DNA of 38,865 nucleotides from Polyangiaceae bacterium (GTDB lineage Bacteria; Myxococcota_A; Polyangia; Polyangiales; Polyangiaceae): NCBI GenBank assembly GCA_036271175.1, contig DATBBD010000516.1, positions 1 to 38,865 of the forward strand, read 5' to 3'. Shown piece by piece: positions 33,367 to 38,865 of this stretch (position 1 is its first letter; each line of letters starts with the position of its first letter). The notes under the pieces were generated by a model. It saw only the letters and a program-made list of their open reading frames with translations, ran no database searches and was not told where the DNA came from. The position numbers and the translations under genes were made by a program.

Positions 33367-35478
33367 CTACTCGACCGCGTCGATTTCGTGCGTGAGCCCG
33401 AGAACGTCTTCGACGAGACCCCGGGCGAGGAGGCTCCCCGTCCGTTCCTCGGCAGCTTTTTCGAAGAACGAGCGCCACTCGCGTCGTTCAGACGCCGTCG
33501 GCTCGACCGGCGCGAGGCCGCGAAAGAGCCGGACGCTGGCGGCCGTGTCGTCTTGTCGTACTCGCGACGCTCCCTCGTCTTCGGCGCGGCTCGACAGGTC
33601 GTCGACCACGGCGCGCACTTCCGGGTCCAGGCGGTCGTAAGCGCCCTTTTGCAAAAGGAGCGCCCCGCTCGTGCACGCGACCGGCATCGTCGTCACCGAA
33701 TCGAGCGAACGCGTCCAGTCGAGTCGCTCCGCGTCGCCGGCCGTGCCCACGACGACCGAAGCACCCACGCGAGGCCCGGCGTGGAGCGCGTCGGCGACGT
33801 CGAGCTCGGCGAGACTCACCGGGGTGATCCCAGGAATGGACGAATAGAACATCGGCGCGAAGGGGTCGGTGTCGAGGGCCGCCAGGCGTCGCCACGCGAG
33901 GTCAGAGGGGCGTCGCACCGGGCGTCCTCGGCTCATGAAGCGCGTGCACCCTTCGTCTTGCCACGACAAAAGGCGATACCCGACCGAAGCGAACCCGGAC
34001 TGCATCTCGTCGCGCAGGTGATCGCGGACCCACTCGACCTTGGTCCACGAATCGACGACGCCGGGGATCTGCAGCGCCGCGACGCTGGGGAGCACCGACG
34101 GCAGCGACTTTGCCGACACCAGAGCACCGTCGAGCTGCCCGGTCCGAAGCCGCGAGAGCAGCGAGCGCTCGTCGCCGCGAAACGCGCCGTTGCCGCCCCA
34201 GCGCACGCTCACGTCCAATTTTCCCGCAGTGCGGAGCGCGAGCGATCGGCGCCACGCTTCGATGAGCCGGCCTCCTGGGGTCGCCTTACCGAGCAACGTC
34301 GCGAACGTGAGCTCACGGGGGCCGTCGAGCGCCGGCCGAGGATCGGCACGTGGCGCGAGCGCCGGCGGTGACGGCGGCGCGCCCCATCGAAGCGGTGACC
34401 GAAACGCGACGAGGCCGGCGACGGCGGCGATGGCGACGCCGGCGACGAGGGACCACGACGGTCGCGTCTCGGCCGAACGGAGCCGGAGCGCCCTCAGAAA
34501 TCCGGTAGCGCAGTCGCCGCGCGCGGCGGAGCGCAACGTGCGCTCGACGGGCGCGAGATCCCGGACGCGGCGCGTCCGATCGTGGACGAGCATGTCGCGG
34601 AGCAACTCGGCGATCGACGGCGGGAATTGGCGCCGATCGAAGCGCGGCACGCCGTGCTCGGTCAGGTTGTGGAGCACTCGACCGACGTTGCCGCCGGCGA
34701 TCGGACGCTTCCCCGTCACGCATTCGTACAACACGACGCCGAGCGCCCACACGTCCGCGCGTTCGTCGATGTGCTCCTCGCCGAGGAGTTGCTCGGGGGC
34801 CATGTACTGCGGCGTTCCGAGCAGCGTCCCCGTTGCGGTGAGCGTTTCGTCGGGCGAGCCCGCGACGGCGCCGAGCGACCGTGCGATCCCGAAGTCGAGC
34901 ACACGCACGCGAGGAGACGCGTTCGACCGGTCCGACACGAGGAAGATGTTGTCCGGCTTCAGATCGCGATGCACGACGCCCGCTCGGTGCGCGGCAGCGA
35001 CGATGGCCACGACCTCGGCGAGGATGGCGCAAGCGTCGCCGAATTCGCGCCGCTCGCTCGACAGCCACTCACCCAAGGTTTCGCCGTCGAGAAAATCCAT
35101 GACCAGCACCGGCCACCGATGCTCGGCCTCGAAGACGTCGTGGACGGGTACGACGCCGGGATGGCGAATCGTCGTGACGAGTCGAGCTTCACGCTCGAAG
35201 CGTTGCTTGAGCTCCGGCGTGAGCGCGAGCCCGTCGCGGACCACCTTGAGGGCGACGCGCTTGCCCGTGAGCCGATGCGTCGCTTCCCACACCGACCCCA
35301 TCCCGCCGCGACCGACCTCGCGAACGAGTCGATATCGTCCCACGTCGCTTCCTGCGACGAAGAGCGACGTGGTGACTCCGCTCGGCGGCGGGCGTGGCGG
35401 AGCACCAGCGACCGCGGCGATGAGCGAATCCACCGACTCGAAGGCGGACGGCGTTTCGACCTCGGCGCCCGAGCTCAT
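33367..35478 (-). CDS. Ser/Thr protein kinase fused through one TM helix to an extracytoplasmic TRAP-type (DctP-like) solute-binding domain
   Basis: Kinase motifs are present: GRGGMGSVWEA, VALKVV, HRDLKPDNIFL, DFGIARS and GTPQYMAPE. TM segment SWSLVAGVAIAAVAGLVAF (aa 341-359). The C-terminal 300 aa follow the DctP pattern (ELTFATLL ... LLSRLRTGQLDGALVS ... ALQIPGVV ... GYRLLSWQDEGCTRFMSRGRPVRRPSDL ... IPGITPVSLAELDVADAL). Confidence 0.85.
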   Translation of the reverse strand: MSSGAEVETPSAFESVDSLIAAVAGAPPRPPPSGVTTSLFVAGSDVGRYRLVREVGRGGMGSVWEATHRLTGKRVALKVVRDGLALTPELKQRFEREARLVTTIRHPGVVPVHDVFEAEHRWPVLVMDFLDGETLGEWLSSERREFGDACAILAEVVAIVAAAHRAGVVHRDLKPDNIFLVSDRSNASPRVRVLDFGIARSLGAVAGSPDETLTATGTLLGTPQYMAPEQLLGEEHIDERADVWALGVVLYECVTGKRPIAGGNVGRVLHNLTEHGVPRFDRRQFPPSIAELLRDMLVHDRTRRVRDLAPVERTLRSAARGDCATGFLRALRLRSAETRPSWSLVAGVAIAAVAGLVAFRSPLRWGAPPSPPALAPRADPRPALDGPRELTFATLLGKATPGGRLIEAWRRSLALRTAGKLDVSVRWGGNGAFRGDERSLLSRLRTGQLDGALVSAKSLPSVLPSVAALQIPGVVDSWTKVEWVRDHLRDEMQSGFASVGYRLLSWQDEGCTRFMSRGRPVRRPSDLAWRRLAALDTDPFAPMFYSSIPGITPVSLAELDVADALHAGPRVGASVVVGTAGDAERLDWTRSLDSVTTMPVACTSGALLLQKGAYDRLDPEVRAVVDDLSSRAEDEGASRVRQDDTAASVRLFRGLAPVEPTASERREWRSFFEKAAEERTGSLLARGLVEDVLGLTHEIDAVE

Positions 35479-35539
35479 GGCTCCTTTATCGTAGCCGAAT
35501 CCGATCCGGGCAGCGACGGGCGCCCCGTAGCACGGCGCG

Positions 35540-36172
35540 TCAGCCGTCGTCCGCCAGCCCTTCGCTCGCGGCCCACCTCCGGATTTTCGCCTTGATCAGC
35601 TGAAACCGCTTCCGAAGGCGCGCGGCTTCGCTCGCAACCTCGCCGTCGCTTCCGTGCTCGGCGCCCGCGAAAACGCGCGCCACGTCGGTCCACTCGAGCC
35701 CGCGATCGAGACGCAGGATGAGCAGCGTCCGCTCGTCTTCCGAGAGACGTGCGCGGAGCTCGGCGATACGCGTCTTGAACTCGGTCTTCAAGAACGGCGC
35801 GGTTTCGGTTCGAGCGCGCTGTTCCAGCTTGGAGAGCAAGCGGTCGGTGCTCAGCGGGATATTGCGACGTCGCGCTCGATGCGGCGCGGCTTGGTATCGA
35901 ATCGCTGCGTGGCGTGCGAGCGTGTAAGCCCACACCCGGACCGTCGAGCGACCCGCGAACGACGGCAGACCTCGCCAGAGATCTTCGGTGAACATCGAGA
36001 ACGCCTCCGTAGCAGCGCTCTCGTCGCCGGTTCGTGCGACGAGAAAGCCGTAGAGCTCCGCGCCGTAGCCGCGAAGGATGAGCGTCGCGGCCGCGGCGTA
36101 GTCGCGTTCGTCGAGCCGAGCAGTCACCGCTTGCTCCAACTGTTCTCGTTCTTCGCTCAAGCGGCCCCGCAC
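35540..36172 (-). CDS. ECF-type RNA polymerase sigma-70 family factor
   Basis: Only the 3' 633 nt of ORF 35540-38251 are credible; GTG 36172 or TTG 36160 is the start. Region 2 reads ELYGFLVARTGDESAATEAFSMFTEDLWRGL ... VWAYTLARHAAIRY. Region 4 reads LSEDERTLLILRLDRGLEWTDVARVF ... RLRKRFQLIKAKIRR. No anti-sigma gene is adjacent. Confidence 0.8.
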   Translation of the reverse strand: MRGRLSEEREQLEQAVTARLDERDYAAAATLILRGYGAELYGFLVARTGDESAATEAFSMFTEDLWRGLPSFAGRSTVRVWAYTLARHAAIRYQAAPHRARRRNIPLSTDRLLSKLEQRARTETAPFLKTEFKTRIAELRARLSEDERTLLILRLDRGLEWTDVARVFAGAEHGSDGEVASEAARLRKRFQLIKAKIRRWAASEGLADDG

Positions 36173-36222
36173 AGTATAGGAGCCCGCTTGCGGCGGCGCG
36201 ACCCACGCGAACCGTGTTGAGA

Positions 36223-38208
36223 TTACCGCGGATCGTTCGGCGCGAAGCGTGCGATGCCGAAGAACCCGATCTCGAAAGGTCCGGATTGAATCGACGGATC
36301 CAGCCGCACGACGGTGACCCGCTCGAGGCCGGGCCACGTGCTCCGTCGCGCTCGCGATAGCGGCGCGCTGTACACGAAAAATCCGTTCACCGTTCGCGGC
36401 AGAGCACGACCCTCGACGACCGTGAGCTCTTGCCGGAGCAGCGTGTAGCGAGGCGCGCCGAAGGATTCGCGAGGTTTCGATACCCAGAAGAGGCGGGGCA
36501 GTAACGGAGGCTCGGGTCGAAGGAGCAGATACGCGCGCTCCTCCGCTTTGTGTTCGGGCGACAGTGGAGTGCCTTCGTTCACCGGGAAGAGGAACCACGA
36601 CGTCGCGTTCTTCGCGCGAAAATGCCGCACGCCGCTGTCGTCCACGCCGTCGCGAACCATGCTTTCCAAGCCGGCCGTGTCGAACGCCGAGCCATCGAGG
36701 GGCAAGAGCCAATCGGCATGGGCGCGATCGCGCTCGAGGAGATCCGCCGCGCGGTACGCCGGGTCCGATAAAATGCGGAGATCGCGCTTCTTCGGGTCGA
36801 ACACGGCGCGCTCGCTCGCGACCGCCTGCGCCTTCGGCGGCTCGAGCACGAGGGGTTTCTTCATCGATTCGGCGTTGTAGAGCGCCAGGTACGCACCCTG
36901 ATGTCGCTCGGGAAGCTGTTCGATCGGTTCGAGTTCGTGCCACCCGAACGTCTTGCCGTACGTCGCGGTAACGGTGCGCATCGTGTCGCCGGACCAGATC
37001 CACGGCTCCTCGTTGTTCTCGAGCGTCGCGATGCAAACCGAGAGGTAAGCGACGGCGGCGACGGCCGAGACGACACCGAGCGCCGGCACGGCGAGCGCCG
37101 CGACGAACAGACACGCGGCCGCGGTAGCGAGATACAGAAATCGCGCATTCTGAAGCGTCGGTTCGACGTGGATGCCCCTCGCGAACGGCGCCACCGAAAG
37201 CACGAACCACAGCACGCCGAGAAGCGCGACCCGGCCTCTCACGCGGCGCGTGCGAAGAGCATCTGCGCAGGCGAGTGCGACAAGAACCCACGCCGCGCTG
37301 AGACCCCACGCATAGTAGCGCTCGAGCGCGCCGACCGATTCGCGGTTGTAAGGCGCGAAGAGAAGCCCGAAGTTGTCCTCCCAAGGCAAGACGACGCCGT
37401 GGAAGAAGTCGCCTTTGCCCGCCAAAAATCCGTTCGCGCCGCCGAGCACGCTTCCGAGCGCCCGTATCCGGATCCACAAATAGACGAGCGTGACGGCCGC
37501 GAACGCGCACCAGGCGGTCGCCACGTCGCGAAGTCGCCTCGTTCCCCGCAAGCGATCCGGCATCGCGAGATCGGTCGCTGCGATCAGGCCAGGAAGCGCG
37601 ATGGACGGATCTTTGGAGAGAAGCGCCAACGCGTACGCGCCGAGCGAGAGCCCGATGAGCTCCCAACGCCGGCGCCCATCGTCGCCGCGCGCTTCCAAAT
37701 AAGCGCCGAGGCACACGAGCGCCCACGTCGTCGCGAGCACGTCCGTTCGCCCGCTGATCCACGCGACGGACTCCACGTGCCACGGAAACACGACGAAGAG
37801 GGCGCCGGCGAACGCCGCCGAAGCAGCCGGCAGTTTCGCCGCGCGCGCCACGCGATAGAGGAGAAAGCCGTTCACGCCGTGCAACACGACGTTCGTCAAA
37901 TGATAGCCGAAGGGACGAACGCCCCACGCCACGGCGTCGAGCGCCTGCGTCAACACGACGAGCGGCCGGTAGTAGAGCACCGGCGCAAACGCGTTGCGAT
38001 CGCCCCAATCGGCGCCGAACACCTTCCACACGTGCGCCCAATCGACGTGCTTGCCGTCCGGAATGACGACGGCGATCATCACGTCGTCGCTCAGGAACCA
38101 TCCATTCAAGACGCGCGCGTAGACGGCGAGAGAGAGCGCGACGAACGCCGCGATGGCCATCCCCGGATGGCGGAACGGCAGAGCGCGAAGAGACCGACCC
38201 AGCGACAA
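36223..38208 (-). CDS. GT-C fold membrane glycosyltransferase-like protein (PMT_2/ArnT/TMTC-like) with a C-terminal extracytoplasmic domain
   Basis: It has more than 10 TM helices. A first-loop acidic motif (WFLSDDV) is followed by YYRPLVVLTQALD ... FGYHLTNVVLHGVNGFLLY, characteristic of PMT_2/TMTC-type enzymes. The start could also be ATG 38160. Confidence 0.6.
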   Translation of the reverse strand: MSLGRSLRALPFRHPGMAIAAFVALSLAVYARVLNGWFLSDDVMIAVVIPDGKHVDWAHVWKVFGADWGDRNAFAPVLYYRPLVVLTQALDAVAWGVRPFGYHLTNVVLHGVNGFLLYRVARAAKLPAASAAFAGALFVVFPWHVESVAWISGRTDVLATTWALVCLGAYLEARGDDGRRRWELIGLSLGAYALALLSKDPSIALPGLIAATDLAMPDRLRGTRRLRDVATAWCAFAAVTLVYLWIRIRALGSVLGGANGFLAGKGDFFHGVVLPWEDNFGLLFAPYNRESVGALERYYAWGLSAAWVLVALACADALRTRRVRGRVALLGVLWFVLSVAPFARGIHVEPTLQNARFLYLATAAACLFVAALAVPALGVVSAVAAVAYLSVCIATLENNEEPWIWSGDTMRTVTATYGKTFGWHELEPIEQLPERHQGAYLALYNAESMKKPLVLEPPKAQAVASERAVFDPKKRDLRILSDPAYRAADLLERDRAHADWLLPLDGSAFDTAGLESMVRDGVDDSGVRHFRAKNATSWFLFPVNEGTPLSPEHKAEERAYLLLRPEPPLLPRLFWVSKPRESFGAPRYTLLRQELTVVEGRALPRTVNGFFVYSAPLSRARRSTWPGLERVTVVRLDPSIQSGPFEIGFFGIARFAPNDPR

Positions 38209-38718
38209 GCGCGCGGACGATAATCGGAGCCGTCTTCGGAGTCAGCGACAACCAGTCCGTGGTCGCGATCGAGAAGTTACCGAAATCGAACGTGGCGTCG
38301 GCGCCGTTCGTCGAGCAAATCTCGACACCGAAGCATTTGCCCGAGCGTCGAGGTCGAGGACAACCAGCCCTCGCCGATCGCCGAGTACAGAGTTTCCTGG
38401 CCGTGATTGGTGTTCCACGGGTCGTGGTGGACTACTGAGCACGAAGAGCAACATTTTGCTCGGAGGCTCGGTTCGACTCACGAAAGGGCGCGGTTCGTTG
38501 CCATTCCGTCGATGGGTTCTCGCTCGACGTTCGCTGCGCACGCGGAAAACGTACCAGTCGGCGATTGAGCGTTTTAGGCCGGTACATGGACGATCGACGG
38601 TTACCCAGTTCGATTCGTGATCGCCCCAGCTAAGCATTTTCGTGATCGGCACGACCATTGCTCAGTGCACGTCGGTCCACGCCGCTTTTCGAGCGCGAAC
38701 TCAACAAGGAAACTCGAT

Positions 38719-38865
38719 ATGACGAAACCTACGATCGTTCTCGTGCACGGATTCTGGGGCGGTGCTGCTCACTGGAGCAAAGTCATCGTCGGTCTCTCCA
38801 ACTTGGGATACGAGTCGATCCAGGCGGTCGACAACCCGCTCACGTCGCTCGCGAACGACGCTGAA
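38719..38865 (+). CDS. Alpha/beta-hydrolase fold protein, N-terminal fragment (continues past the window end)
   Basis: This is my own reading and is not in the ORF track. ATG at 38719 follows AAGGA. The translation MTKPTIVLVHGFWGGAAHWSKVIVGLSNLGYESIQAVDNPLTSLANDAE has the HGF/HGG oxyanion-hole motif. It has better composition than the track ORF 38658-38864. Confidence 0.6.
   Translation, partial: MTKPTIVLVHGFWGGAAHWSKVIVGLSNLGYESIQAVDNPLTSLANDAE

Noticed and set aside
36173-36222. A TATACT hexamer immediately upstream of the sigma factor start, considered as a -10 promoter element.
   Set aside because: It abuts the candidate GTG start, with no room for a leader. No convincing -35 element lies at 17 bp, so this cannot be supported from sequence alone.
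35540-38251. The 903-aa ORF taken as a single gene.
   Set aside because: Only the last 210 codons (35540-36172) read as an ECF sigma factor. Upstream of that the translation is Arg-rich nonsense and coincides with the well-formed GT-C membrane protein in another frame (36223-38208).
38658-38864. Track ORF 38658-38864 (+).
   Set aside because: Its composition is basic and implausible. The overlapping frame starting at ATG 38719 gives a typical alpha/beta-hydrolase N-terminus (IVLVHGFWGG) with a Shine-Dalgarno-like AAGGA upstream.
1-38865. Search by eye for tRNA, rRNA, transposase, integrase or phage genes.
   Set aside because: I saw no T-loop or acceptor-stem pattern, no rRNA-like conserved block and no DDE or tyrosine-recombinase-like ORF. 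The only mobility signals are the short repeats and the GC troughs.

Overview
This is a high-GC bacterial chromosomal segment, roughly 68-70% GC by eye, with local dips to about 45-55%. The gene content looks myxobacterial, possibly Sorangiineae/Polyangiales: several eukaryotic-like Ser/Thr kinases, many lipoproteins with Cys-rich or Gly-rich modules, a GH6 cellulase and RCC1 and TSP3 repeats. That placement is inference, not a search result. I support about 27 protein-coding genes and found no rRNA, tRNA, CRISPR array or transposase.

Three regions stand out.

(1) Bases 5319-18506 look like a non-canonical Tc (ABC) toxin-like locus.
- A fused TcB/TcC-type gene (SpvB N-domain, FG-GAP propeller, RHS/YD cocoon) is split by a single in-frame TAA at 9969-9971.
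- The same gene carries a repeat-laden insertion of about 190 codons.
- It ends in a low-GC variable toxin tip, and a small immunity-like ORF overlaps its stop codon.
- Downstream lie a secreted beta-helix/Gly-rich protein and a 1231-aa lipoprotein whose C-terminus resembles, from memory only, the TcB-binding end of TcA proteins.

(2) Bases 26674-38208 hold a tightly packed minus-strand cluster.
- An ECF sigma factor is followed by a Ser/Thr kinase whose extracytoplasmic domain is a TRAP-type DctP solute-binding domain.
- DctQ- and DctM-like permeases follow, and no stand-alone DctP gene is present in the window.
- A parvulin-like PPIase, a HupE/UreJ membrane protein and a PQQ-like beta-propeller lipoprotein complete the cluster.

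(3) Two short interspersed repeat families occur in intergenic DNA and inside the RHS insertion.

All domain calls come from reading motifs in the translations. No searches were run.
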